From NCBI GenBank assembly GCA_963735805.1, contig CAVTMK010000001.1, positions 160,001-224,000 of the forward strand: 64,000 nt of DNA, in the 5' to 3' direction. Position 1 is the stretch's first letter. Each line of letters starts with the position of its first letter. Under the pieces are notes generated by a model. That model did not search any database and was not told the DNA's origin. It saw nothing but the letters and a program-made list of their open reading frames with translations. Shown piece after piece: positions 19,261-29,715 of this stretch. The position numbers and the translations under genes are program-made. The stretch is from an uncultured Verrucomicrobiae bacterium (GTDB taxonomy: Bacteria > Verrucomicrobiota > Verrucomicrobiia > Chthoniobacterales > UBA10450).

Positions 19261-20997
19261 ATGATTCACATGCAGGATGTAATGGCGAAGCCGATGCCGG
19301 ACTTCCGTGAAGGAAGCATCGTCAAGGGACGCATTTTGGAAGTTCGTCCGCGGGAAGTATTGGTCGACGTTGGATACAAATCCGAGGGAGTTATCCCGTT
19401 AGCAGAATTTGATGACGTCGATTCGTTGGAAGTAGGCGACGAAGTGGACGTGCTTCTGGAGCGGCTTGAGAACGACGAAGGGATGGTCGTTCTGTCGAAA
19501 GAAAAAGCCGCTTACCGTCAAAATTGGAACAAGATCGTCGGTGTATTCCAAGGTGACGGATTGATCAAAGGCAAAGTGAAATCCGTCGTAAAAGGCGGAT
19601 TAATGGTCAACATTGGCGTCGAAGCATTTCTGCCGGCGTCTCAAATCGATGTGGTGCCGCCGAAAGACTTGCAGCAATTCGTTGGTAACACTTACGACTT
19701 TAAAATCGTCAAGCTCAATGACGACCGCAAAAACGTCGTTCTCAGCCGACGCGAGGTTATCGAGCAGGAGCGCAGCGAAAAACGCCAAAAATTCATGGAA
19801 GGTGTCACCGTTGGCGACCGCGTGGACGGCACAGTGAAAAATATCACCGACTTCGGCGCGTTCATCGATCTGGATGGTATGGATGGCTTGCTGCATGTCA
19901 CCGATATGACCTGGGGCCGACTCGGCCACCCCAGCGAGTTGCTGAAGGTCGGGCAGCAGTTGGAAGTCGTCGTGCTCGACATCAACAAAGAAAAAGAGCG
20001 TGTGTCGCTGGGCCTTAAACAAACCCAGAAGAATCCCTGGGACCAGATCGAGGAGCGGTTCCCGGCTGGGCAACGCATCAAAGGCAAAATCACCAATCTT
20101 GTTCCCTACGGTGCATTTGTGGAGATCGAGGAGGGCGTGGAAGGACTTATCCACGTTTCCGAGCTTTCCTGGACGAAACGCATCATGCGACCCTCCGACA
20201 TCCTTAGCGTCGGCCAGGAAGTGGAAGCTGTCGTGCTCGGTGTGAACAAAGAAGAACAAAAGATTTCATTGGGCCTGCGCCAGCTGGAGCCAAATCCGTG
20301 GGATGAAATCGAGAAGAAGTTCACCATCGGCAGCCAGGTGAAAGGCAAAATCCGTAACATGACTGCCTACGGCGCATTCGTGGAACTCGAAGAAGGCATC
20401 GACGGCATGATTCACGTGTCCGACCTGAGTTGGACACGCAAGATCAATCATCCCAGCGAAGTTTTTAAGAAGGCCGACGAAATCGACGCTGTAGTGATCG
20501 ATATCGACAAGGTAAATCAGCGAATCAGCCTCGGGATCAAACAGCTCACCGAAGATCCCTGGAAGATAATCGATGAGAAATACAAGATCGGCGACCTGGT
20601 TAAAGGCAAGGTGACGAAGCTCGCCAGCTTCGGCGCGTTTGTGCAACTCCAAGACGATATTGACGGCCTCGTTCACATCTCGCAATTGAGCGAAGATCAC
20701 GTCGCGAAAGTAAAAGATGTCCTCAAAGTCGGTCAGGAAGTTGAAGCCCGCGTCATTAAGGTAGACAAACTCGAGCGGCGCATCGGTTTGTCGATTAAAG
20801 CTGCGAACTACACCGAGGAACAACTGCGCAAGGAAGCTGAAGCCCTCGATATACTCCGTCCGGGAGAAGACATGGTCGGCCTTGAGAAAGCGTTCGCCGC
20901 TGCGGAACAGGAAGAATATCGCCCCGGTGAGTCAAAGAAAGCCAAAGAGCCGACAGAATCGAAGCGCGAGTCGAAGAAGGAATCGAAAAAGAAATAG
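19261..20997 (+). CDS. rpsA: 30S ribosomal protein S1
   Basis: Six S1 repeats (YGAFVE...GLIHVSE); K/E-rich tail. Confidence 0.98.
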   Translation: MIHMQDVMAKPMPDFREGSIVKGRILEVRPREVLVDVGYKSEGVIPLAEFDDVDSLEVGDEVDVLLERLENDEGMVVLSKEKAAYRQNWNKIVGVFQGDGLIKGKVKSVVKGGLMVNIGVEAFLPASQIDVVPPKDLQQFVGNTYDFKIVKLNDDRKNVVLSRREVIEQERSEKRQKFMEGVTVGDRVDGTVKNITDFGAFIDLDGMDGLLHVTDMTWGRLGHPSELLKVGQQLEVVVLDINKEKERVSLGLKQTQKNPWDQIEERFPAGQRIKGKITNLVPYGAFVEIEEGVEGLIHVSELSWTKRIMRPSDILSVGQEVEAVVLGVNKEEQKISLGLRQLEPNPWDEIEKKFTIGSQVKGKIRNMTAYGAFVELEEGIDGMIHVSDLSWTRKINHPSEVFKKADEIDAVVIDIDKVNQRISLGIKQLTEDPWKIIDEKYKIGDLVKGKVTKLASFGAFVQLQDDIDGLVHISQLSEDHVAKVKDVLKVGQEVEARVIKVDKLERRIGLSIKAANYTEEQLRKEAEALDILRPGEDMVGLEKAFAAAEQEEYRPGESKKAKEPTESKRESKKESKKK

Positions 20998-21073
20998 CTT
21001 CGCCGTAGCCAGCGTGAAGTTGTGAATTTGACGGGGGTCGTTGGCCTCGTGCCGCGTCAATCCCAAGTGATTT

Positions 21074-21427
21074 ATGGAACGGCAGTCTGCCCAAATTAGT
21101 TTTTCACAACCCAAGCTGCAATTACGGATAGTTGCCGCAATCGCTCTGTTGCTCGCGATGGCTGGCTGCGGAAATTCCACCATCGTCGGCAAATGGCGGA
21201 TGACGGGAGGATCCAACGCAACGCTTTGGGAATTCTCGGCAAATGGCGCGGTCCTTGTCGGCGATCTACGCGGCAAATATGAGTTCGGTGACCAGGACCG
21301 AATCAAAATTCAAACGCCATTCGCAACTACCGTTTACCAAATGAAAATCTCCGGCGACCGAATGACCCTGCAAGAACCCGGTGGCTCCACGCTTGAGTTT
21401 ACGCGGATAAAGCAAACGGACCGCTGA
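21074..21427 (+). CDS. Small lipoprotein
   Basis: Lipobox LAMAGC followed by IVGKW. Confidence 0.75.
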   Translation: MERQSAQISFSQPKLQLRIVAAIALLLAMAGCGNSTIVGKWRMTGGSNATLWEFSANGAVLVGDLRGKYEFGDQDRIKIQTPFATTVYQMKISGDRMTLQEPGGSTLEFTRIKQTDR

Positions 21428-21463
21428 TCTCTGGATTGGGACCTGCATTGTTATTGTCAGCTG

Positions 21464-22315
21464 TCAGCTCTTTTCCCGCCGCCGCTTTTTGCTTGTGCTC
21501 GCAGTCCCCTTGCGATCGTGTGTTTTATTTACAGAGGATCGAGTCTTTCTTTGACCGTTGCCTGACGATTTCGCACCGATTGCCGGCGTGTGATGAAGGG
21601 CCAGGGCGCGTCCTAGCTCTTTTTCGTCGGTCAGGTCGAGGCGTAATGGTGTGACCGAGACCCAGTTGTGTTCGACCGCCCATCGGTCAGTCCCTTCTTC
21701 GGCTCCCTGCAGCGGGATAACTGTGAACCAGAAAATTGGGCGGCCCATCGGATCTTTGCTTGGAGCTACTTTGCCGTCGTACTGCCGCACAGACTGGCGC
21801 GTCCAGCGAATGCCCCGTGGTTTCTCTGGTAAATTCACGTTCACCAGAGCCATCGCGTTTTCTTCGAGCAGCATATCGATCACCTTGGCGACGTACGGCT
21901 CAAGCTTGTCGAAATCCGGCTCCTGGTTTTCGCTTACAGCTGTGCTGAACGCGATGCCGCGCACTCCGAGCAATGCAGCTTGTTTTGCAGCTGCCAGCGT
22001 GCCGGAGTGCCAGCAGGAATTGCCAAGATTCAGACCGAGATTGATTCCGGAAAGAACAAGATCGACATGCTGCCAATGATGGGTTCCGAGGGCAACGCAA
22101 TCAGCGGGCGTACCATTCACGCGATAGGCCTCGAAGTCTCCCAGGCGAATTTTTTTATAGCGGAGGGGCCTCGAAGAAGTAACAGCGTGGCTCATAGAAG
22201 ATTGCTCCACGTCGGGCGCGACAATACGCACTTCGCCAAAACGCGATGCGACTTTCGCCAAGGCGACAATACCAGGGCTATAAATGCCGTCATCGTTCGA
22301 AATCAGGATTCGCAT
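21464..22315 (-). CDS. surE: 5'/3'-nucleotidase SurE
   Basis: ILISNDDG, NGTPADCV, SGIN.G.N, SGT. Confidence 0.95.
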   Translation of the reverse strand: MRILISNDDGIYSPGIVALAKVASRFGEVRIVAPDVEQSSMSHAVTSSRPLRYKKIRLGDFEAYRVNGTPADCVALGTHHWQHVDLVLSGINLGLNLGNSCWHSGTLAAAKQAALLGVRGIAFSTAVSENQEPDFDKLEPYVAKVIDMLLEENAMALVNVNLPEKPRGIRWTRQSVRQYDGKVAPSKDPMGRPIFWFTVIPLQGAEEGTDRWAVEHNWVSVTPLRLDLTDEKELGRALALHHTPAIGAKSSGNGQRKTRSSVNKTHDRKGTASTSKKRRREKS

Positions 22316-22387
22316 GTTCTTTACTAGGAAACGTGTACCAGATTGTTTTTGGCCGAATAATCCCCTATTTACCGATTACAAGGTCAG

Positions 22388-23314
22388 ATGCGAATTACGT
22401 TGATCCACAATCCCAAGGCTGGTGATGCCAAGCATGGTAGAAAGCAATTGATGGCCGCTTTGGCCAAAGCGGGGCATCATGCCACTTACCAATCCACAAA
22501 AGAACCGGGCTTCAAGAAAGCGCTCAAGCAGCCTGCCGATCTGGTGTTAGCCGCCGGCGGTGACGGAACCACCGCAAAAGTTGCGTTCCGTCTCATCGAT
22601 AGCGGCGTTCCGTTGAGCGTTCTTCCTCTGGGTACCGCGAATAACCTCGCGCGAGCGCTGGGCTTGGCCGCTTCTCCGGAGGAAATCATCGCGAGGCTCG
22701 AAGGCGGAAAGAAACAGGTCTTTGACGTGGGCCTTGCGAGAGGTCCTTGGGGGGAACGATATTTTTTTGAAGCCACCGGAGGCGGTTTGCTTGCCGATTA
22801 CGTCCGCAACGCAAAGAAAGAAGAGAGAAAGAATGGGAAGGCTGAAAAACTCTCGAAAGAACAACAAATGGCGCGTCATGGCGCACTTCTACGGCGAATG
22901 CTGCACGACTATCCGGCGCGTCAGTGGAAAATCGAGATCGACGGAAAAGATATTTCCGGTCGCTATATTCTTTGGGAGGCGATGAACATTCGCTCAGTGG
23001 GTCCCGCGTTGCACCTTGCGCCGCAGGCCGCGACCAGGGATGGACGATTCGACTTTGTTTGTGCCCGAACAGCGGATCGCGCACGTTTAATGGAGCATTT
23101 CGACGCGCGTGTAGCTGGGAGGAAGAGCAAGTCTCCTCTGCCAACGCGACGATTCCGGGAATTGCGGATCATTGCGAAGGGTTCCACGATCCATTTGGAT
23201 GACGAACTTTGGCGGGAAAAGAAAAAGACCAGGAAGTCGGTCGACGAAATCAATATCACCGTCAAACCGTCGGCACTAATCATTCTGCAACCCGCGGCGG
23301 CGATTAAAACCTAG
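22388..23314 (+). CDS. Diacylglycerol/lipid kinase family protein
   Basis: NPKAG, AGGDGT, PLGTANNLAR. Confidence 0.9.
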   Translation: MRITLIHNPKAGDAKHGRKQLMAALAKAGHHATYQSTKEPGFKKALKQPADLVLAAGGDGTTAKVAFRLIDSGVPLSVLPLGTANNLARALGLAASPEEIIARLEGGKKQVFDVGLARGPWGERYFFEATGGGLLADYVRNAKKEERKNGKAEKLSKEQQMARHGALLRRMLHDYPARQWKIEIDGKDISGRYILWEAMNIRSVGPALHLAPQAATRDGRFDFVCARTADRARLMEHFDARVAGRKSKSPLPTRRFRELRIIAKGSTIHLDDELWREKKKTRKSVDEINITVKPSALIILQPAAAIKT

Positions 23315-23322
23315 GTCGCGAA

Positions 23323-24720
23323 TCAGAATTCTGCGCTGCCGGGTGTACGAGCAAAGGGAATGACATCACGGATGTTCGACACGCCTGTAATAAACATCAG
23401 CATTCGCTCGAACCCGAGGCCGAAGCCTGAATGCGGCACAGTGCCGTAACGACGAAGGTCCAGATACCATTTGTAATCGGCGGGATCCATGTTGTGCCGG
23501 CGCATGTTTTCTTCGAGCACCTCAAGCCGCTCTTCGCGCTGGCTGCCGCCCACGATTTCGCCAATGCCCGGCACGAGCAAGTCCATTGCAGTCACCGTTT
23601 TTCCATCGTCGTTCACACGCATGTAGAACGGTTTGATTTCCTTTGGATAATTGAAAACCGTAACCGGGCACTGGAAGTGTTTCTCGGTTAACCAGCGTTC
23701 ATGTTCCGATTGCAGGTTCAATCCATAGTCGACCGGGAATTCGAACTTCTCGCCGCTCTTTTTCAGAAGCTCAACCGCATCGGAATAAATGATCCTCTGA
23801 AATGGCCGCTCAACGACAAAATCGAGCCGCGCTAGCAATTCCTTGTCCACGAACTTGACGAAAAGTTCCATCTCGTCGGGGCAATGTTCGCGCGCGTCGA
23901 CGATCAAATATTTCACAAACTCCTCGGCGAGATCCATGTTGCCGTTCAAATCGCAAAACGCCATTTCCGGCTCGATCATCCAGAATTCACTCGCGTGCCT
24001 GGACGTGTTGGAGTTCTCAGCACGAAAAGTTGGTCCGAAGGTGTAAACCTTGGACAAGGCAAGCGCGAATGCCTCCGCTTCCAACTGGCCGCTCACGGTG
24101 AGATATGCCGGCCGGGCAAAGAAATCCTTTGTATAATCGATTTCACCCTTCGCCGTTCGCGGCGCGTTCGCGGCGTCAAGCGTTGTGACGTGAAACAATT
24201 CCCCGGCGCCCTCGCAATCGCTTCCGGTAATGATCGGCGTATGCACATGAACGAAACCGCGCTCTTGAAAAAACTGATGAACTGCAAAAGCCAACCTGCT
24301 TCGCACCCGAAAGACACTGCTAAAAAGATTTGAGCGAGGACGAAGATGAGCGATTTCGCGCAAAAATTCTGGCGTGTGTCCCTTTTTCTGGAGCGGGTAA
24401 GAATCGTCAGCTGTTCCTACGATCTCAATTTTATCCGCAACCAGTTCCCATTTTTGACCTTTACCTTGCGACGCGACCAGCGCGCCACTCACCGCGATAG
24501 ATGCTCCGGTCGCGAGTCGTTGAACAGCCGGATAATTGGGTAAAGTGTTCTTCGCGATAATCTGTAAATTGCGCAGGCCGGAACCGTCGTTCAGCTCGAT
24601 GAACGAAAAATCCTTCGAATCGCGGCGCGTCCGCACCCAGCCCTGGACCTGGATTGGACGTACTGGTGCGGCGCGTTCCAGGGCGTTTTTAATCGGAGTT
24701 GGAGAAAGAGATTTATCCAT
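23323..24720 (-). CDS. asnS: Asparagine--tRNA ligase
   Basis: [40 protein letters not shown]. Confidence 0.98.
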   Translation of the reverse strand: MDKSLSPTPIKNALERAAPVRPIQVQGWVRTRRDSKDFSFIELNDGSGLRNLQIIAKNTLPNYPAVQRLATGASIAVSGALVASQGKGQKWELVADKIEIVGTADDSYPLQKKGHTPEFLREIAHLRPRSNLFSSVFRVRSRLAFAVHQFFQERGFVHVHTPIITGSDCEGAGELFHVTTLDAANAPRTAKGEIDYTKDFFARPAYLTVSGQLEAEAFALALSKVYTFGPTFRAENSNTSRHASEFWMIEPEMAFCDLNGNMDLAEEFVKYLIVDAREHCPDEMELFVKFVDKELLARLDFVVERPFQRIIYSDAVELLKKSGEKFEFPVDYGLNLQSEHERWLTEKHFQCPVTVFNYPKEIKPFYMRVNDDGKTVTAMDLLVPGIGEIVGGSQREERLEVLEENMRRHNMDPADYKWYLDLRRYGTVPHSGFGLGFERMLMFITGVSNIRDVIPFARTPGSAEF

Positions 24721-24733
24721 ACAATTTGAAGGG

Positions 24734-24771
24734 AACGTTCAACGCTCAACGCTTAAGATTCAACGCTCAAC
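24734..24771. repeat. Heptamer tandem array (aacgctc-like x5)
   Basis: aacgttc aacgctc aacgctt aagattc aacgctc aac. Confidence 0.8.
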
Positions 24772-24812
24772 TCGCCGCTGTCAGATTGCTTGGGCGGTCC
24801 GAAAAGGAAATT

Positions 24813-26768
24813 TTAACTTAGCGGCAACCAACTGCCCGATTGCGGCTGCAGTTTAACACCGTTAAGCGACAGGTAGGTGTACTCCTGCAAGAGACGCTCG
24901 TAGTCGTCCAGCAGCCTCATGGCGTCGTTAGGCTTAAGGCGATCGGTTTTGATTGCGTCATCGACCTGTGTCTTGAGCAGTCGCATCAGCTCGACTTTGT
25001 CCCATTGCGTCATGGCAAGGACTTCGCCGATCGTGCTGCCGCCGATCACTTCTTCAATGTACCAGCCGGACTCCTCATCAGGGTCCAGAAAAACGTGAAC
25101 CTCGGTCACGCGCCCAAACAAGTTATGCAGGTCGCCCATGATATCCTGATATGCGCCGACCATGAAGACGCCTAGATAATACATTTCGCCGGGCACGATG
25201 CGGTGCAGCGGGATCGTGTCGCGCACATCCTGCAAATCGGTGAACTTTGAGACTTTGCCGTCGGAATCGCACGTGATGTCCACAATCATCCCGTGGCGAT
25301 CCGGGGGCGTGTTTAGTCGATGGATGGGCATGATAGGAAACAATTGGCCGAGCGCCCAGTGATCGAGAAGTGATTGGAAAACCGAAAAATTGCAGATGTA
25401 CTGGTCGCCCAAGGTAGTTTCGAGCTCCTTGACCTCTTCTGGAATGAACCGCAATCCACGATGCATGTTTAGAATCTGCTGCGCGAGCTGCCAGTAGACG
25501 GTATCGATCTTTGCTTTTGATTCGAGATCGAGCAGACCAAGCTCGAAATTTTGCTGCGCTTCTTCCTTGATCTGCTGGATATCGTGCAGGCTCTCGAGGC
25601 GATTGCCACGCTTGAGCCGCTGTTTCACATCGAGGATGTCGCCCACCAGTTTGTGATCCTTCTCGCTCGCAGTGACTCGCAACTTCGGCGCCGTTTTCTC
25701 GATCGAACTGAACGCTTCCATCACCAGCACGGAATGATGCGCTACTATCGCGCGACCGCCTTCACTCACAATCGCCGGGTGCGAAACACCTTCAGAATCA
25801 CAAACGTCCATGATGTTCCAGACGACATCGTTGGCGTATTCCTGAAGCGAATAATTTGCCGAACTATCGAAATCGCTGCGTGAACCGTCGTAATCGACTC
25901 CAAGCCCGCCGCCGACATCCAGATATCCAAGCTCATGCCCAAGCTTTGCGACCTTTGCATAGTAACGGGCACCTTCACGCACGGCGCGCTTGATGGTTGA
26001 AATATCCGGCACTTGCGAGCCGACATGGAAGTGAATGAGCTTCAGGCAGTGCGCGAGGCCTGCGGCCTTCAACATTTCGCTCGCAGCGACGAGACTCGTG
26101 GTATCGAGCCCGAACTTCGCGTTCTCGCCGCCGCTCGGCGCCCACTTGCCCGCGCCTTTACTGTAAAGACGGACGCGAATGCCGATGTGCGGCTCCACGC
26201 CGACTTCCTTTGCTGCCCGAATCGTTTGCTCCAACTCTTCAAGTTTTTCAGCAACGATGACGACCTTCTTGCCGAGCTTGCAACCGAGCAGCGCGATGCG
26301 GATGAACGCAGCGTCCTTGTAGCCGTTGCAAATGACCAGACTTTCAGCGTCCTGATGCATGGCCAGCGCCGCGACCAACTCCGGCTTGCTTCCAGCTTCA
26401 AGCCCAAAGTGAAATCGCGCGCCCGCATCAACGATTTCTTCGATGACTTCGCGCAACTGATTGACCTTGATCGGAAAAACGCCGCGATATTCGTTCTTAT
26501 AATCAAACTCCGTGATCGCGGTTTGAAACGCGCGATTAACTGATTCGACACGGTGTCGGAGCAAATCCTGAAATCGGATAACCAGCGGGAAACTCAAACC
26601 GCGATTGCGCGCTTCATTTACGACTTCCAGAATATCGATCGTGCCGCCCTTTTCCTGCAAAGGTTGTGCGACGACGTTGCCGGTCGCATTGACGGTGAAA
26701 TAGCCGCCGCCCCAACCGTCGATATTGTAGGTCGCGATTGCTGCGTCGACGTCCCAATCGTTTTTCAT
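24813..26768 (-). CDS. speA: Biosynthetic arginine decarboxylase
   Basis: FPIKVNQ, GLEAGSKPE, HFHVGSQ, DITCDSDG, GAYQ..GDLHNLFG. Confidence 0.97.
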   Translation of the reverse strand: MKNDWDVDAAIATYNIDGWGGGYFTVNATGNVVAQPLQEKGGTIDILEVVNEARNRGLSFPLVIRFQDLLRHRVESVNRAFQTAITEFDYKNEYRGVFPIKVNQLREVIEEIVDAGARFHFGLEAGSKPELVAALAMHQDAESLVICNGYKDAAFIRIALLGCKLGKKVVIVAEKLEELEQTIRAAKEVGVEPHIGIRVRLYSKGAGKWAPSGGENAKFGLDTTSLVAASEMLKAAGLAHCLKLIHFHVGSQVPDISTIKRAVREGARYYAKVAKLGHELGYLDVGGGLGVDYDGSRSDFDSSANYSLQEYANDVVWNIMDVCDSEGVSHPAIVSEGGRAIVAHHSVLVMEAFSSIEKTAPKLRVTASEKDHKLVGDILDVKQRLKRGNRLESLHDIQQIKEEAQQNFELGLLDLESKAKIDTVYWQLAQQILNMHRGLRFIPEEVKELETTLGDQYICNFSVFQSLLDHWALGQLFPIMPIHRLNTPPDRHGMIVDITCDSDGKVSKFTDLQDVRDTIPLHRIVPGEMYYLGVFMVGAYQDIMGDLHNLFGRVTEVHVFLDPDEESGWYIEEVIGGSTIGEVLAMTQWDKVELMRLLKTQVDDAIKTDRLKPNDAMRLLDDYERLLQEYTYLSLNGVKLQPQSGSWLPLS

Positions 26769-26951
26769 TTGATCAGATCGCGCGACGAATGGCGCCGCAA
26801 AACGGATATTCAATCAGGGTGTTCAACATGCAAGCCTGCAGAGCAAGATTTTGATGCGCCCATATGTCGCATCTGCTCTGTGAGGCAATCGTGCTTCATT
26901 CATACAGTCTACACCGCTTGTTTTTCGCTCCTCTGCGGATAACGTTCGCTC

Positions 26952-27422
26952 GTGAACAAAACGGTGATCGAAGTGCAGGTTCGGGCGGTATTGCCGACAA
27001 GCGGCGGGTGCGCGGTGTTCCTCGGTAATAACGACAAAGTGTTCATTATTTATGTCGATCAAACAGTGGGCAGCGCGATCACGATGTTCATGAGGCAAAT
27101 CACCAAGGAACGTCCTCTCACCCACGATCTAATGGCGCATTTGTTGACGGCTCTCGGCGCAAAAGTCGAGCGAGTCATCATCAACGACTTGAAAAATGCC
27201 ACATACTATGCCCGCGCAATCATTCGCGTGGAAAACGAATTGCACCAGAAAAAGATCATCGAGCTTGATGGAAGGCCGAGCGATTGCATTGCCATGGCTA
27301 CTCAGCAAAAGGCGCCCATTTACGTGAGTCAGGACGTGTGGGATGAAGTGGATGATATGAGCGACGTCTTGCGTAAGATGGAAGAAGAGGGGCTAAAACC
27401 CGATCCCGAAGCGGAAGAGTAA
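26952..27422 (+). CDS. Bifunctional nuclease family (DUF151)
   Basis: RPLTHDL and DGRPSDCIA motifs. Confidence 0.9.
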   Translation: MNKTVIEVQVRAVLPTSGGCAVFLGNNDKVFIIYVDQTVGSAITMFMRQITKERPLTHDLMAHLLTALGAKVERVIINDLKNATYYARAIIRVENELHQKKIIELDGRPSDCIAMATQQKAPIYVSQDVWDEVDDMSDVLRKMEEEGLKPDPEAEE

Positions 27423-27441
27423 CGCGGTTTGCGATCGCGCC

Positions 27442-27510
27442 CGTTAAAAGCGTTACGTCGTTACAACGGTTCTTTGCATATCACCTTGGAACTCCTTTAA
27501 CTTTCAACTT
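27442..27510. repeat. 8-bp-unit repeat element
   Basis: cgttaaaag cgttacgt cgttacaa cgg ... tttaactttcaactt; shares cgttacaacgg with 37575-37585. Confidence 0.6.
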
Positions 27511-27520
27511 CTGCCCGGCA

Positions 27521-29287
27521 CTAGCCGAGTAAATCGCCGTAACGTTTGTCTGCCAGTTCGAGGCAGCGGGCCAAGATTTCCGAAGCGGTATTAAGCTTGA
27601 GCGTTTCCTCGACCAGTTCACGGCATTCGGGAATTGTCAGACTTTGCACCGCGCGTTTGACTCGCGGAACAAGGGTCGCACTCGCACTGAGCTCATCCAT
27701 GCCGAGACCCAGCAACAGCGGAACCAGTGCCACATCCCCGGCCATTTCGCCGCAAACGCCGACCCAAATGTGATTGGCATGCGCCGCGTCTGCGATCATT
27801 TTTAACAAACGCAGTATTGCCGGATGTGTCGGCTCGTAAAGGTACGCAAGCTTCTCGTTCACGCGATCGACTGCAAGGGCATATTGGATCAGGTCGTTCG
27901 TTCCAATACTGAAGAAATCGACTTCGGACGCGAGCGCGTTCGCGCAGATGGCTGCGCTAGGGATTTCGATCATCGCCCCAACCTCGATCTTTTCGGCCAC
28001 GGGAAGGCCCGACCGCCGCAACTCATCTTTGCACTCGGCGAGCACCGCCTTGGCACGCTGCAATTCCTCCAAACCCGAGATCATGGGAAACATGATTTTT
28101 ATATTGCCCACGACACTGGCACGAAGAATAGCCCGCAACTGCGTTTTAAAGATGTCTATGTTCTCGAGACAAAGTCGGATGGCGCGCCAGCCAAGGAAAG
28201 GGTTTAACTCATCCGTGATATCCACGGTACCAGGGGCCAGTTTGTCACCGCCAAGATCAAACGTTCTGATAATCAGCGGGTCAGGCCGGACACGTTCTGC
28301 AACTTTTCGATATGTCTCAAATTGTTCGTGCTCCGTTGGCAAAGTCGAGCGATTCAAATAGAGAAACTCCGTGCGATAAAGTCCGATGCCTTCTGCCCCA
28401 TTGGCCGCCACCGCGTCGACGTCTTGCGGGAGTTCGATATTTGCCGAGAGCACAATGTGACGACCGTCGCGTGTAGTCGATCTTGTCGTGCGCAGCTCTT
28501 TTAGTTGGGCCGTAACTTTGGCTCTCCGTGACTCAATTTCCGCGTAGTGCGCAATGGTTTGCGGTGCCGGATTAACAATCAGCAAGCCGTCGCTCCCGTC
28601 GAGAAGCACATGTTCGCCGGTCTCGAGTTTCGCGGTGATATCGTGCAATCCGACTATTGCGGGGATATTGAGAGAGCGCGCCAGGATCGCGGCGTGCGAT
28701 GTGCGGCTACCCAGATCGGTGGCAATCCCGAGCACGTTTGCCCGGTTAACGCTTGCGGTATCCGAGGGAGTGAGATTGTGCGCGACAAGAATGTGCGGCT
28801 CGTCCAGAGCTAAAAATGTTTTGGGAGCTTTTCCCTGCAAATTGCGAACCACGCGCTTCGTTACGTCCTGGATATCCAGCGCACGCTCTCGCAAATAGGG
28901 ATCGTCGATCTTGTTCAGGGTCTCGGCGTAACGCGTGGCGACTTCCTGAAAGACCCACTCCACGTTGCAAAGCTCCGTCTCCAGTTTCCGCAACACTTCG
29001 TCGATCAACGTACGATCCTCGACGACAAGCAGATGAGCATCGAAAATGGCCGCATCCTTCGCTCCAATGGATTCCGCAATGCGTTGTTGCATTTCCAGAA
29101 TCTGCATGCGCGTTTGGATGAGCGCGGTCTCGAAGCGCCCGATTTCATCCGCGACTTGGGAAGGCGCAATCCGGTAGCGCACGACGTCATCGAGGTCGTC
29201 GCGCACGACGTGGATCTTGCAGCAGGCCATCCCGGGCGATACCCCTGCTCCTTCAAATCGGATTTCCTGACGCGCGCTGTCGCTCAT
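27521..29287 (-). CDS. ptsI: PTS enzyme I
   Basis: GSRTSHAAILARS, GIGLYRTE, NPFLGWR, SIGTNDL, GVCGE. Confidence 0.97.
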   Translation of the reverse strand: MSDSARQEIRFEGAGVSPGMACCKIHVVRDDLDDVVRYRIAPSQVADEIGRFETALIQTRMQILEMQQRIAESIGAKDAAIFDAHLLVVEDRTLIDEVLRKLETELCNVEWVFQEVATRYAETLNKIDDPYLRERALDIQDVTKRVVRNLQGKAPKTFLALDEPHILVAHNLTPSDTASVNRANVLGIATDLGSRTSHAAILARSLNIPAIVGLHDITAKLETGEHVLLDGSDGLLIVNPAPQTIAHYAEIESRRAKVTAQLKELRTTRSTTRDGRHIVLSANIELPQDVDAVAANGAEGIGLYRTEFLYLNRSTLPTEHEQFETYRKVAERVRPDPLIIRTFDLGGDKLAPGTVDITDELNPFLGWRAIRLCLENIDIFKTQLRAILRASVVGNIKIMFPMISGLEELQRAKAVLAECKDELRRSGLPVAEKIEVGAMIEIPSAAICANALASEVDFFSIGTNDLIQYALAVDRVNEKLAYLYEPTHPAILRLLKMIADAAHANHIWVGVCGEMAGDVALVPLLLGLGMDELSASATLVPRVKRAVQSLTIPECRELVEETLKLNTASEILARCLELADKRYGDLLG

Positions 29288-29403
29288 GCACTTGCCAGAG
29301 TAAAGCAGATGTCAAACAATGCGAGAATCCTGTTAGTCCCAGTCACAGAACGGTGCGCCGGTCCGAAAACCTTCGGGAATCACCGCAGCACGACGGCTCT
29401 ACC

Positions 29404-29715
29404 TCACTCCTCGTTAAAGCCGGCCTTGATCAATGCCTCGAGTTCTTCCACTGCCTTGTCGGCGTCTGGGCCTTCGCATCGGATGTGCAGCTTTGAACCC
29501 TGCCCCGCGGCCAGCATCATCAGGCCCATGATGCTCTTGCCATTTACCTCTTCTCCTTCTTTCGAAACCCAGACTTCCGCGCGATATCGACTGGCAATCC
29601 GCACGAACATGGCCGCCGGTCGTGCATGAAGTCCCAGCCGATTACTGATCGGAACGTCTTTTTCGATTTTCTGAGACGCTGCTGAGCCGCCCGTTTTTCG
29701 ATAGAGCAAACCCAT
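29404..29715 (-). CDS. ptsH: Phosphocarrier HPr
   Basis: GLHARPAA and NGKSIMG. Confidence 0.95.
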   Translation of the reverse strand: MGLLYRKTGGSAASQKIEKDVPISNRLGLHARPAAMFVRIASRYRAEVWVSKEGEEVNGKSIMGLMMLAAGQGSKLHIRCEGPDADKAVEELEALIKAGFNEE

